From the NCBI GenBank assembly GCA_023659895.1, contig JAGXOL010000002.1:4388-68387 (forward strand): a stretch of 64,000 nt of DNA, written 5' to 3'. The translations under genes and the position numbers were made by a program. The DNA is from Candidatus Aenigmarchaeota archaeon LH_S7. GTDB lineage: Archaea; Aenigmatarchaeota; Aenigmatarchaeia; QMZS01. How positions within the stretch are numbered: the stretch's first letter is position 1; the number at the start of each line of letters is the position of its first letter. Positions 26,874 to 36,793 of this stretch are shown one piece after another. The notes under the pieces were generated by a model. That model was not told the origin of the DNA. It saw only the letters and a list, made by a program, of their open reading frames with translations, and did not search any database.

Positions 26874-27152
26874 ATGAAGATCCCCAAGGAGCAGCGGAGA
26901 TATTGCAAATATTGCAGAAAATACACAGTACAGAAATTGAAAAAGGTTAAAAACAAGCCAAGAAGGAAGCAAGCTGTGGGTCAGAGAAGACACTTGAGAA
27001 AGCTTGCTGGTTATGGTTCTTTCCCTGCAAAAAAGCCTAGTGGAAGAGGTAAGCCTGCAACCAAACTGGATTTGAGATATGTTTGCCAAGAGTGCAAGAA
27101 ACAAAATGTGATTGGCAAGGGGGTCAGATTAAAAAAAGTTGAGTTTGTTTGA
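26874..27152 (+). CDS. rpl44e: 50S ribosomal protein L44e (eL42)
   Basis: It has CKYCRKYT..CQECKK zinc ribbon cysteines and a GQRRH..GYG pattern. Confidence 0.9.
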   Translation: MKIPKEQRRYCKYCRKYTVQKLKKVKNKPRRKQAVGQRRHLRKLAGYGSFPAKKPSGRGKPATKLDLRYVCQECKKQNVIGKGVRLKKVEFV

Positions 27153-27166
27153 TTGTTCTTAATAAT

Positions 27167-27463
27167 TTAACTTTTCTTTGAGTTGTTGTTTAAACAATAA
27201 CCTCCTATTTGATCTTTTTCTTTGAGGAAGTTCATGTAGGATTTTAAGTCCTCTAGCAATTGGAATTTTTCCTCACCACTTAACTCTGAATTTAATATTG
27301 CTTTTCTGGCTTGTTTCTTGTAAAAATTAACTTTTCTAAGCTCACCATTACCATGTTTTGCTGCTCTTAGGTAAGTTGCAGGTATCAAGTAATCACAAAT
27401 TAATTCGAGTTTTTCTTCTAGCCTTAGTTTATATAGTCCCCCCAATGCATATCTCCTTGTCAT
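27167..27463 (-). CDS. Hypothetical protein
   Basis: The ORF starts at MTRRYALGG. No family was recognised. Confidence 0.4.
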   Translation of the reverse strand: MTRRYALGGLYKLRLEEKLELICDYLIPATYLRAAKHGNGELRKVNFYKKQARKAILNSELSGEEKFQLLEDLKSYMNFLKEKDQIGGYCLNNNSKKS

Positions 27464-27616
27464 AGTCCGAAAGAAATAAAGAAATAACAAGGATTACTGC
27501 AACTTAACAAATACTGTAATTTTGCCGTAGCACTTATTGATTGCAGTAATCCATCTATTCATGTATATATTTCGCTGGAATATATTTAAAGTTTTTTGTA
27601 GAATTAAGGCAATTGT

Positions 27617-29233
27617 CTAAAGTTTTATATATTTTTCTTTCTTCTTTTGTTCCTTGTCAAGTTGGCTATCTGGTTTGTTTGCTTTAAAACGTCCTGTGTC
27701 TTGGTCTCTTCTGAAGGTTATCTTAAAGTTCTTCAAAAAGTTGTTAATCGCATTGTAAGTTTTAATAAGTTCAGCTCTCCCTTCTTTCTTTGGAGTTCCC
27801 TGGAAAAACAAAATCCTGTCAGAGAGTTGGGAAACTAAATGCAAATCATGGTCAACAACAACAATGCTAATATTGTTGTTTTCTACTATTCTCCCTAAAA
27901 TTTTTGTTAATTGTAATCTGTTTTCAGTGTCAAGGAAAGCACTTGGCTCATCTAAAAGATATAAATCTGCTTCTTTGGAAAGACACAAAGCTATTGCTAA
28001 TGTCTGTAGTTCACCACCTGATAGATTCTTAATATTTTTGTCATATAACGGTTGTAATTGTAAAGGGTAAGCGATTTGTTCCTTGAAATTTTTTGATTTT
28101 GGGAGAACATACTTGACCATCTTATCCATATCAGCATATAAATATTGTGGTTTGTAGGAGATTTTCACTTTGTCTGCCTTACCTTTGTCAGGTTTCATTT
28201 TGTTAGCTAGAAGTTCCATAAAAGTTGTTTTTCCAATTGAGTTAGGTCCTAAAATACCTAATATTTCTTTGTTATAGATCTCTCCTTCTTTTATATTCAA
28301 TTGGAATTCACCTAGTTTCTTTTCTATATTGGTGAAAGAGGTCTTGATTTCTTTTTCTGAGATTTTATCAGCTTTTGTTAAGTTGAATTTGATTCCTTCT
28401 CTCCTTAATCTTACATTTTCAGCTGGTAAGTAACCATCAAGGTAGCTATTAATTCCTCTTAGAGAGAAATAAAGAGAAGATACTACTCCATAAACCCCTT
28501 GAGCACCGTAAAGAGAATAGATTTTATCAGAAAGATAATCAAGCATGGCTAAATCGTGTTCAACTGTTATTACTTCCTTGTCTTTTAGTCTTTTTCTTAT
28601 TAAGTTCGCGATTTTTAACCTCTCCGAAATATCTAAATAAGAGGAAGGTTCATCTAACAAATACAAGTCTGCGTCCTTTGATAAACATAAAGCAATATTT
28701 AATTTTTGAAGTTCCCCACCTGAATAACTGTCCTTCTTTTCAATGTTAAGTTCTTTAACTAGTTCCTTGTCAAGCTCATCAATATTCACCTCATTCAAGA
28801 CTTGTGGTTTGTAAGAAATTGTTTTCTGCTTTTTCAAGTAAACTTTAAGTAAAGTGGGGAGATTTTCAATATCAATCTTTATTTCTCCTGCAAGGATTTT
28901 TATTGCAGTGGATTTACCTATTCCATTTCTGCCAATTAGTCCAATTATGTTTCCTTTTTCCGGGACTGGCATGTTGTAAAGAGCGAACTTGTTTTCACCG
29001 TATCTGTAAGTTAAAGTTCCTATTCTCTCTGGTGTGTTTATAATTTTTATTGCACCAAAAGGACACCTGTTGGAGCAAATCCCGCAACCGACACAAAGGT
29101 TCTCATTTATTTTTGCTTTCTCATTAATAACTATACACTCCTCTCCCAATTTATTCCTTGGACAAACTTTTGCACAGAGTTTACCACATTTTTTAGGTTC
29201 ACACTTCTTCTCATCTATTACTGCTAATCTCAT
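27617..29233 (-). CDS. ABCE1 (RNase L inhibitor homolog), ribosome recycling ATPase
   Basis: It has an N-terminal 4Fe-4S cysteine cluster (CVGCGICSNRCP), two ABC cassettes with LSGGELQ signatures and a C-terminal RFKANK tail. Confidence 0.93.
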   Translation of the reverse strand: MRLAVIDEKKCEPKKCGKLCAKVCPRNKLGEECIVINEKAKINENLCVGCGICSNRCPFGAIKIINTPERIGTLTYRYGENKFALYNMPVPEKGNIIGLIGRNGIGKSTAIKILAGEIKIDIENLPTLLKVYLKKQKTISYKPQVLNEVNIDELDKELVKELNIEKKDSYSGGELQKLNIALCLSKDADLYLLDEPSSYLDISERLKIANLIRKRLKDKEVITVEHDLAMLDYLSDKIYSLYGAQGVYGVVSSLYFSLRGINSYLDGYLPAENVRLRREGIKFNLTKADKISEKEIKTSFTNIEKKLGEFQLNIKEGEIYNKEILGILGPNSIGKTTFMELLANKMKPDKGKADKVKISYKPQYLYADMDKMVKYVLPKSKNFKEQIAYPLQLQPLYDKNIKNLSGGELQTLAIALCLSKEADLYLLDEPSAFLDTENRLQLTKILGRIVENNNISIVVVDHDLHLVSQLSDRILFFQGTPKKEGRAELIKTYNAINNFLKNFKITFRRDQDTGRFKANKPDSQLDKEQKKKEKYIKL

Positions 29234-29242
29234 TATTGTTTA

Positions 29243-29371
29243 TTAAAAAGAAGGAAAACCAATCGCCTTGGAAGTAAAGAAGAAAAGTATCATAAAAGCT
29301 ATAATGGAGCCTAAAACAACTGCGAGAACAAAATAAATTGGATAACCTGCAATTTGGGAATCCCCTCTCAT
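29243..29371 (-). CDS. Possible 42-aa single-pass membrane peptide
   Basis: The ATG-to-TAA ORF encodes MRGDSQIAGYPIYFVLAVVLGSIIAFMILFFF.. between tatD and ABCE1. It is short and unsupported by anything else. Confidence 0.25.
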   Translation of the reverse strand: MRGDSQIAGYPIYFVLAVVLGSIIAFMILFFFTSKAIGFPSF

Positions 29372-29373
29372 AA

Positions 29374-30120
29374 TTATAAATTAAAAAACTTTATTGCATT
29401 ATTGGTTGTTGTTCTGTCTATTTCCTCAGATGTTTTCTTTTCCAACTGAGCTGTTTTCTCTATAACCTTTTTCACTGCCAAAGGAGTATTTCTTTCCCCA
29501 AACCCCATCCAAGGAGCATCTGTTTCAGTCATTATTCTTCCTGTTCCCAAAGTTTTCAGGATTTGCCTTACTCCCTTGCTTCTCAGAATCGCAGTGTTTA
29601 GGGAAACATAGTAGTTCGTGGTGGCAACTTCTTCCCTCAATTTCTGGTTTGAAAAAAAGTGTAACAAAACATTTTTTGCATTTTGTTCTTTCAGGATTTC
29701 CAAACATTCCTTTTCCGCTTTTCTGGAGTGGATTACTAAGGGTAGTTTTAATCTTTTTGCTAGTTTGATGTGGTCCAGAAAAAATTGTTTTTGCTTTTCC
29801 CTTAGTTTTTCATTTTTAATCCAGTGGTAATCTAAGCCACACTCCCCAATTCCAACCATCTTTTCTTTGTTTTCTTCCAGTTTTGCAAAATAATTTTCCT
29901 TTTCTTCTTCTGAAAATTCTTCAATATGTATTGGGTGTAATCCTGCAGTGAGGAAAACAAATCCTCTGTATTTTTCCACTAATTGTAAAGATAAATCTAA
30001 ATTTTTTGGATTTGCACAACAGGTAATTATTGCATCCATTTCCTTTCTGCAGTTCTCTATAAGTCCCTCTCTGTCTTTATCATAGTCTTGATTTTCCAGG
30101 TGGCAGTGGGAGTCTATCAT
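29374..30120 (-). CDS. TatD-family metal-dependent hydrolase
   Basis: It has MIDSHCHL, GECGLDY and a TETDAPW pattern. Confidence 0.9.
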   Translation of the reverse strand: MIDSHCHLENQDYDKDREGLIENCRKEMDAIITCCANPKNLDLSLQLVEKYRGFVFLTAGLHPIHIEEFSEEEKENYFAKLEENKEKMVGIGECGLDYHWIKNEKLREKQKQFFLDHIKLAKRLKLPLVIHSRKAEKECLEILKEQNAKNVLLHFFSNQKLREEVATTNYYVSLNTAILRSKGVRQILKTLGTGRIMTETDAPWMGFGERNTPLAVKKVIEKTAQLEKKTSEEIDRTTTNNAIKFFNL

Positions 30121-30138
30121 AAATTGTTAAATAAATAA

Positions 30139-30786
30139 TTAATAATCCAAACTAGGATGAGCTTTTCTGTCATCATAGAAGTAATGTTTTCCTTCCTCAA
30201 GGTAAGTTACTAAATCAGACATTTGCACGATTCTTTCTGGTGCAAATCTTCCAGTAAGAATCATGTGCACATTTTTCCTCTTTTCAATTAAAGAAATCAC
30301 ATCATCTTCCTTAACGAGCTTAAACTTTATTGCATAAAGAATTTCATCAAGGATTACAAGTTTGTACTTTTTTTCATTTATTATCTTGTTAGCAAATTCC
30401 ATTCCTTTCTTCGCTTTTTTCTGGTGTGCTTCGAAAGAGCAGGACTTTAAATTATTAGCAAGCTTGTCAGCAACAACTTTCTTGTTGTTTCCATTCCCAT
30501 TTTTCTTTCCAGTGAAAGAGTTTAGGGAAACATATTCTATCTTGCCCCCTTTAATCCATCCACCTAAAGTTGCCTGGAAGGTCATTAGGAAAAAAGGAGG
30601 TCCAAATAAGTGACTATCTATTAGCTTGTTTTTATCAAGAAATTTGAATTCTCCAGTCTTCCGTCCTTTCATGAAGTGGAGGGTTGCGGATTTCTTTCCA
30701 TAGCCAGAGAATCTTATTGCGTGTCCTATTGCCGCGCTTGTCTTTCCCTCACCATTCCCTGTATAAATAATAACTTTACCTTGCAT
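30139..30786 (-). CDS. Cob(I)yrinic acid a,c-diamide adenosyltransferase (CobA/CobO/BtuR family) with an internal insert
   Basis: It has IYTGNGEGKTSAAIGHAIRFSGYG..HFMKG and DEILYA, plus an insert of about 45 aa relative to the usual 175 aa or so. Confidence 0.75.
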   Translation of the reverse strand: MQGKVIIYTGNGEGKTSAAIGHAIRFSGYGKKSATLHFMKGRKTGEFKFLDKNKLIDSHLFGPPFFLMTFQATLGGWIKGGKIEYVSLNSFTGKKNGNGNNKKVVADKLANNLKSCSFEAHQKKAKKGMEFANKIINEKKYKLVILDEILYAIKFKLVKEDDVISLIEKRKNVHMILTGRFAPERIVQMSDLVTYLEEGKHYFYDDRKAHPSLDY

Positions 30787-30828
30787 AATAAATAAATTCT
30801 ATCTTAAAAGTTTTAGGATTTATAGCTT

Positions 30829-32115
30829 TTATGCTGTCTTTTGTATATTTTCTATGAAATATTTTACAAACTCTTCTTCCTTATTTTTGGGAATTTTTCC
30901 TCCTGCTGCTTGTTTGTGACCTCCTCCACTTCCCCCAACTTTCTCACATATATCAGTTAGAATCTTGTCCAAATCTATTTCCCTTTTCGCTCTTGCTGAG
31001 ATTTTCGTGTTTTCTCCTTCCCTTGCCAAGCCCACAACAACCTTTTTTTCCGCAAAAGTGTTAATGAAAATTGAGATTATTGTCCCTATCATGTTTGGGT
31101 CTATATTTTCCTTCGCATTTATGAAAAGAGCATCATTAAATTCCTGGAAATTTTTTATGTTTTTGTTGGTCCAGCTCAAATAATCAGCTATTTTTCTTCT
31201 GTATTCTTTTAAAACATCTTCCAAAATATCAAGATTCCCTTTCATCATTTCAAGAGCTTCATCATATTTCTCTGATCTACCAAAAGCATTAAGAATTGTG
31301 GAATACTCAAGAGCATCAATAAGTTTTCTTGATTGATAAGGAAGCAAGTAAATTTCAGAGAAAACATCATTGTGTTCTCCAAAATCATTTCTTATTCTTT
31401 CCTTAATTATTTCTAAGACAAGTCTTCCTTTCTCTTCTTTTGTTAAATCATAATAGCTTTTTAGTCTTCCATTTCCTACCAAGTCAATATCTAAATCAGA
31501 GAGAAATTGCACAACCTCAGAATGATTGTTTAGAGGGAACATGCTTGAGTTTCTTAAAGATTCGTGGAGTGGTCTGTTAACATGACCAAATATTTTCAAT
31601 CCCTTTTCAACTTTCAATCTTCCCAGCTTCTTTGCTTTTTCCTTGATTTTCAGGTTTTCTCCAACATTTAATTGGTTATCCCCTATTGAACCAACAACAG
31701 CATAGTCTATTAAGTCCTGGTTATTTCCCAATTTGGAAGCGAATAAATAACAAATTCCTGCACCACAAAGTTCTTTTTCCTCATTAATAGGGTTTATCTG
31801 GATTATGTTTTCAGGGACTTCAATTTCTTCCATGGTGTGATGGTCCAAAATAATAATTTTTCCTTCTTTGGGTAGCATGCTCAAATATCCAGAGCCCAAG
31901 TCAGAAAAAATTGTCAAATCCTTTTCTATTGGCTCTATTTCTTTAATTATTTCTTCTGATAGTTCCTTTGCAATTTTTATTTTTATTTCTTTTCCTTCCC
32001 TTTCCAAAGCTGTAGAAAGGATTTTAGCGGAACAAAGACCATCACAATCATAGTGTGATACAATTAAAATTTTATTTGCTTTTTTTGCTTCTTCCAAGGC
32101 CTTAGTAAAATCCAT
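30829..32115 (-). CDS. DHH-family phosphoesterase, RecJ/GAN-like
   Basis: It has DCDG, DHH (ILDHHT) and a C-terminal GGGH motif. Confidence 0.8.
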   Translation of the reverse strand: MDFTKALEEAKKANKILIVSHYDCDGLCSAKILSTALEREGKEIKIKIAKELSEEIIKEIEPIEKDLTIFSDLGSGYLSMLPKEGKIIILDHHTMEEIEVPENIIQINPINEEKELCGAGICYLFASKLGNNQDLIDYAVVGSIGDNQLNVGENLKIKEKAKKLGRLKVEKGLKIFGHVNRPLHESLRNSSMFPLNNHSEVVQFLSDLDIDLVGNGRLKSYYDLTKEEKGRLVLEIIKERIRNDFGEHNDVFSEIYLLPYQSRKLIDALEYSTILNAFGRSEKYDEALEMMKGNLDILEDVLKEYRRKIADYLSWTNKNIKNFQEFNDALFINAKENIDPNMIGTIISIFINTFAEKKVVVGLAREGENTKISARAKREIDLDKILTDICEKVGGSGGGHKQAAGGKIPKNKEEEFVKYFIENIQKTA

Positions 32116-32154
32116 GTAATTAATATATCTAAAATTCTTTATTTATTTATAATT

Positions 32155-32598
32155 ATGATTATGGAAGCTTTGATGATTTCAGGAGTTGCCATAGGTGCAT
32201 CTTTAGCACAAACCTTGATACAGAAAAGAGTGATGGATGTGGACTTAGTTAAATCTCTAAAAGCAGATGTTAAAAAGCTGAATAAAGAGATGAAAAATCA
32301 CAGGCAAGACACAAAGAAAACCAATGAGTTGATGAAGAAAAGTTTTGAGGCACAAAAGAAAATGATGAAGCACACCATGAAACCAACCATAATATCAAGT
32401 GTTGTTGTTTTGCTTACTATTATTACCTTAGGATTCTTTTTCGGATTACCTATTTTAACTGGAGAATATAATCTTTATTTTACAATGCCTTTCTCTCTTC
32501 CTTTCATAGGCACACAGATGCCATGGATAGGTATCTTTATTGTAGTAATTACTATTTCCTCCTTCATTTTCAGGAAAGTTTTTGATGTAGGCATGTAA
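32155..32598 (+). CDS. DUF106/EMC3-like membrane protein (archaeal YidC/Oxa1-like insertase candidate)
   Basis: It has a TM helix, a basic coiled coil and two further TM helices, at the expected size. Confidence 0.5.
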   Translation: MIMEALMISGVAIGASLAQTLIQKRVMDVDLVKSLKADVKKLNKEMKNHRQDTKKTNELMKKSFEAQKKMMKHTMKPTIISSVVVLLTIITLGFFFGLPILTGEYNLYFTMPFSLPFIGTQMPWIGIFIVVITISSFIFRKVFDVGM

Positions 32599-32650
32599 TT
32601 CGAAGGTTTCAGAGTGCGATTTCAGAATCTCCCAACTTTAATAGTGAAGA

Positions 32651-35143
32651 GTGTCAATTATGGAGGGTTTAACTCAATCGCAAGTAAATGAAAGATTAGC
32701 TGTTTATGGCAAAAATAAAATAAAGCAAGTTAAAAAATTAAACCCTTTCAAAATCTTTATTCAGCAATTCACTTCTCCTGTTGTGTTAATTTTGTTGGCA
32801 GCTGCTATTGTGTTATATTTTGTTAGTATTTTCGATCCTGCAAGTGCTAATCTATCAGAAATTTTGTTGATATTGGCGATTGTTTTGTTTAGTGGTATTT
32901 TCGGTTTTATTCAGGATTACAAAGCTGAAAGGAGCATAGAGGCATTGAAAAAACTTTCCACACCCACTGCAATAGTTATTCGTGGTGGAAAGCAAAAACA
33001 AATCTCAAGCAGGGATATTGTTCCAGGGGACCTTTTGATGTTAGAAGAAGGTAATATGATTCAAGCTGATGCTGAGATTGTTGAGGGAGAATTAAATGTT
33101 GATGAATCTATTCTAACTGGGGAGAGTAAAGCTGTAAAGAAAAAGAAAGGGGATAAGATTTATTCTGGTTGTCCAATCTTGAAGGGAAGAGCCAAAGCAC
33201 AGGTAACTAACATAGGGATGCAAACCAAGATAGGAAAATTAGCGGAAAAGATGCAGGAGATAAAAGAGGACAGAACACCTTTTCAGAAACAGATGCAAAG
33301 ATTTTCCAGGAAGATTAGTCTTTACACTGTTTTATTGATAATTGTAATTTTTGTTATAGGTTACTTTAAGTTTGGAATGTGGGATTCTTTCTTGTTTGCT
33401 GTTTCCTTAGCAATAGCTGCAATTCCTGAGGGTTTACCAGCAGTAACTACATTGTCTTTGTCTTTGGGAGCAAAGGAAATGGTAAGGAAAAATGTTTTGA
33501 TAAGGAAGCTTGGTGTAACAGAATCCATTGGAACTGTGAATATAATTTGCAGTGATAAAACTGGAACAATAACAGAAGGTAAGATGAGGGTTAGGGAGTT
33601 CTTTTTTGATAAAGAAATTGAGGCAGGAGAAATGGAAAATGAAACGGCTTTGAGAATTATTAATTTTTGTAATAATGCAAAGAAAGTTTTCAGGAGAGGA
33701 AAAGAAATTTTTGTTGGTGATGAAACAGAGATTGCTTTGAAAGAATTTTCCAAAGGAAAAATTAAAGAAGAATTTCAAAGGACTGATGAGATTCCTTTCT
33801 CAAGTAAGAGAAAGATGATGAGTGTTATTGGTAAGGTAGATAAAGATAAATATGTTTTGAGTAAAGGTGCTCCTGAAGTGTTGATAGAGAAGTGTAATAG
33901 GTATTTAAAAAATGGGAAAATTGAGAAATTAACATTTAAGAAGAAGGTAGACCTTCTTCACAAGAATCAGGAACTTGCAAAGAAAGGTAGGAGAGTTCTT
34001 GCTTTAGCTTATAAGAAACAACCAAAATCTGAAAGATTGATGGAAGAGAATCTGGTTTGGGCTGGATTGGTTTCTTTGGCTGATCCTCCTAGGGAAGAGG
34101 TTAAAGGATCTATCAAGGAGTGCCAGGATGCAGGGATAAGAGTAATTATGGTTACTGGGGACCACCCAGACACTGCCTTGGCTGTTGCAAATGAAATTGG
34201 TATTGATGGTGAGAGAGTTATTACAGGGAAAGATGTTAAGGAGATGAATGATATACAATTGAAAAAAGAATTGGAGCTTGTGAATGTATTTGCAAGAGTT
34301 AACCCAATGCACAAGTTAAGGATTTTGAAAATTTTGCAGAAGAGAGATAACATTGTAGGTATGACTGGGGATGGAGTTAATGATTCTCTTGCTTTGAAGA
34401 AAGCTGATGTAGGGATATCTATGGGAATTAAAGGAACTGAGGTTGCTAAGCAAGCCAGTGATATTGTATTGCTTGATGATAATTTTGCTACAATAAAGAG
34501 TGCTGTTGCAGAAGGGAGGAGAATTTTTGATAATATCAAGAAATTTGTTAACTATTTGTTTTCGTGTAATTTTGCTGAGGTTAGCGTAATTTTACTAGCA
34601 ACTTTGTTTTTCACGCTTCAGGAACCTATCTTGTTGCCTTTCCAGATTTTGTGGATAAACTTGTTAACAGATGGGATGCCTGCGGTAGCTTTAGGTATTG
34701 ACCCTACTACTAGAAATGTAATGAAAAGGGAGCCAAAGGAAAAAGGTGAGCCTATCATAGACAAGAAATTAAAAGAATTTATTGGCTCAATAGGTATCAG
34801 TATGTCTATCTTGTTGATTGCAGTGTTTTTGTTCTTGCTTCCTTTGGGTGAGATAATTGCAAGAACTGCATTATTCACAGGATTTATTATCTTTGAATTT
34901 TCTCGTATAGGTATAATAAGATACCAGGAAAAAATGAACTTCTTTGCGAACAAGTGGCTGGTTATAGCTCTGGTTATTTCTTTGTTACTTCAATTAACTA
35001 TAATTTATACACCATTGAATTCAATTTTTGCTGTGGTTCCTTTGGGGCTTTACGAGTGGTGTGTGATATTGGGAGGTATGCTAATAAACTTGATAGCAGG
35101 AATATTGATTACTAAATTCATTATCAGAAAGCAAAGGATTTAA
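32651..35143 (+). CDS. P-type cation-transporting ATPase (P2, Ca2+/Na+-type)
   Basis: It has TGES, ICSDKTGTIT, MVTGDHP and GDGVNDSLALKKADVG. The start may instead be the ATG at 32660. Confidence 0.93.
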   Translation: MSIMEGLTQSQVNERLAVYGKNKIKQVKKLNPFKIFIQQFTSPVVLILLAAAIVLYFVSIFDPASANLSEILLILAIVLFSGIFGFIQDYKAERSIEALKKLSTPTAIVIRGGKQKQISSRDIVPGDLLMLEEGNMIQADAEIVEGELNVDESILTGESKAVKKKKGDKIYSGCPILKGRAKAQVTNIGMQTKIGKLAEKMQEIKEDRTPFQKQMQRFSRKISLYTVLLIIVIFVIGYFKFGMWDSFLFAVSLAIAAIPEGLPAVTTLSLSLGAKEMVRKNVLIRKLGVTESIGTVNIICSDKTGTITEGKMRVREFFFDKEIEAGEMENETALRIINFCNNAKKVFRRGKEIFVGDETEIALKEFSKGKIKEEFQRTDEIPFSSKRKMMSVIGKVDKDKYVLSKGAPEVLIEKCNRYLKNGKIEKLTFKKKVDLLHKNQELAKKGRRVLALAYKKQPKSERLMEENLVWAGLVSLADPPREEVKGSIKECQDAGIRVIMVTGDHPDTALAVANEIGIDGERVITGKDVKEMNDIQLKKELELVNVFARVNPMHKLRILKILQKRDNIVGMTGDGVNDSLALKKADVGISMGIKGTEVAKQASDIVLLDDNFATIKSAVAEGRRIFDNIKKFVNYLFSCNFAEVSVILLATLFFTLQEPILLPFQILWINLLTDGMPAVALGIDPTTRNVMKREPKEKGEPIIDKKLKEFIGSIGISMSILLIAVFLFLLPLGEIIARTALFTGFIIFEFSRIGIIRYQEKMNFFANKWLVIALVISLLLQLTIIYTPLNSIFAVVPLGLYEWCVILGGMLINLIAGILITKFIIRKQRI

Positions 35144-35149
35144 AAATCG

Positions 35150-35372
35150 TTATGAGCGTGAAGAATATTTGAAAGACCCAGAATGTTTTAATGTCAAGGA
35201 TTTCTGAGATTGAGGGTAAATCAAAAAAGACAGAAATATATGAGAAACTAAAAGAAATTCTTCCGAAGAAAGGTGATGAAAAAATAAGATATATTAGTAA
35301 ATTAAAAAGAGGAGTAGAAATTCTTAGACAATTAGAGAAAATATAAGTATGGTGACCTCGCCTCTCTCTATT
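35150..35372 (+). pseudogene. Decayed partial tandem duplicate of the 3' half of gene 35418-35879
   Basis: DNA and peptide similarity is visible (EYLKD..VLMS/NVKD..E.EGK...YEKLKEILPKKGDEKIRYISKLKRGVEIL). Both copies end in GTATGGTRAYCTCRCCTCTCTCTA. The frame is broken by stops. Confidence 0.6.
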
Positions 35373-35417
35373 TTATTTGAAATATTATTAATCTAAAAAA
35401 TTTATTTTAATTATTTT

Positions 35418-35879
35418 ATGGTAACAATAGAAAAAAGAGCGAGAGAGTCATTTGAATTGGGGTATTCCACAAGAAAGACTTATGAGACTCTCTCTAAAGA
35501 AGGGATTAAAAGACACCCTAAGACAATTGAAGGATATTACGCTGCTTGGGAAGGAGGGTTTAAAAATCATTCTGAGTACAGAAAATATTTAAAAGACCTA
35601 GATTTCAAAGAAATTTACAATTCAAGTAATGGATTAGATGGGGCAGAAGAAGACAATCCCTATGTTTTAATGTCAAGGTTTTTAGATAGGAAGGATGAAT
35701 TAGAAAGTGAGGGAAAAGGAGTTGAAGAAATAAGGGGAACAGAAGAATACGATAAACTAGAAGAATTTCTTCCAAAGGAGGGTGATAAAAGAATAAGTTA
35801 TCTTAGAGAATTAAAAAGAGGATTAGAAATCCTAAACAAGCAGGGAAAAATAAAGTATGGTAATCTCACCTCTCTCTAA
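35418..35879 (+). CDS. Hypothetical protein, possible N-terminal HTH
   Basis: This is a 153-aa ORF. The N-terminal GYSTRKTYETLSKEGIKRHPKTIEGYY looks like a helix-turn-helix. Confidence 0.5.
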   Translation: MVTIEKRARESFELGYSTRKTYETLSKEGIKRHPKTIEGYYAAWEGGFKNHSEYRKYLKDLDFKEIYNSSNGLDGAEEDNPYVLMSRFLDRKDELESEGKGVEEIRGTEEYDKLEEFLPKEGDKRISYLRELKRGLEILNKQGKIKYGNLTSL

Positions 35880-35880
35880 A

Positions 35881-36013
35881 GTTCACGTGAAATTCATCCA
35901 ACTGTATTTGTAGGGACACCTTTGTTTCACGTGGAGAATTTAGGTTCACTAAAGTTCACGTAAAAATTTGGGGTTTAGAGGGTTTATAAAGCAAAATTTT
36001 GATGTTCACATGA
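35881..36013 (+). promoter_or_regulatory. Array of GTTCACGTG-like motifs
   Basis: The copies are GTTCACGTGA (35881), GTTTCACGTGGA (35924), GTTCACT (35944), GTTCACGTAA (35954) and GTTCACATGA (36004). Confidence 0.5.
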
Positions 36014-36076
36014 ATTCGACAAATGAGGGTGTAAATTTCAACAATAAAAGTTCATACATTTTATATAAGATTATTT

Positions 36077-36793
36077 ATGGATCACAGATTCTATGACCTG
36101 CATGTCAGGTTCTCGGAAAATTGGGAAGAGATCATTAAAAGAGCTGAGTATATAGGTTTGAGTGGGGTTTGCTTGGTTGTTAGTTCAAAGGAAGATTTGA
36201 GAAATTATTTTAATGTAGTTAAGGAAATTAAAAAAAACACTAGCTTGGATGTTGTTGAAGGTATTCTAATTGAAGAAGAAAATGATAATATAGTTAAGTT
36301 TGCGAAAAAATACAGGAAAGAGTTTGAATTAGTTTTGGTTAAAGGGGGTGATTACGAAATTAACAGGAGTGCTTGCTCCTGCGAGTATGTGGATATTTTA
36401 TCTGTGCCAGGACAGGGTAGGAAGGATTCTGGTATAGATCATATTTGTCTGAGAGATGCTAAGGAGAAAGGGGTTCTGATAGAACTTAAATTCAATGAAC
36501 TTTTGAGGGCTCAGGGAATGGATAAGATTAGGGAAATAAAAAAGATGAAAGAGATTATAAGATTGTGTACTAAAATGAAAGCACATTTCATTGTGAATTC
36601 TGGTGCTGAGAATAAATGGGAACTAAGGCAAGGACGTGATCTATCTTCTTTAAGTTACTGCTTGGGTGCGAATCAGGAAGAAGCATTGTATTCGGATTAT
36701 GCAGAAAAATTAATCCAAAAAAACAGGGAGAAAATTTCTCAGCCTTTGAAAGGTGTTGAAATAAGAGGTGATTTGAAAGATTATGAGAGATAG
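36077..36793 (+). CDS. rnp3: RNase P protein component 3 (Rpp30)
   Basis: It has an N-terminal FYDLHVR, a TIM/PHP-like pattern and the conserved pairing with Pop5 downstream. Confidence 0.75.
   Translation: MDHRFYDLHVRFSENWEEIIKRAEYIGLSGVCLVVSSKEDLRNYFNVVKEIKKNTSLDVVEGILIEEENDNIVKFAKKYRKEFELVLVKGGDYEINRSACSCEYVDILSVPGQGRKDSGIDHICLRDAKEKGVLIELKFNELLRAQGMDKIREIKKMKEIIRLCTKMKAHFIVNSGAENKWELRQGRDLSSLSYCLGANQEEALYSDYAEKLIQKNREKISQPLKGVEIRGDLKDYER

Noticed and set aside
33361-34953. Several 100-176-aa ORFs antisense to the P-type ATPase gene (33361-33753, 33434-33778, 34004-34312, 34009-34539, 34618-34953)
   Set aside because: These are typical shadow ORFs of a long AT-rich gene. They have low-complexity S/F/I/L content, and the sense strand has unambiguous P-type ATPase motifs. 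The same reasoning applies to the antisense ORFs inside lig, ABCE1, the thermosome gene, the FAD oxidoreductase, secD and the transposases.
35881-36013. Replication origin (ORB-like repeats)
   Set aside because: The motif GTTCACGTG only loosely resembles ORB/mini-ORB cores. There is no adjacent orc1/cdc6 gene and no long AT-rich unwinding element flanked by inverted ORBs.
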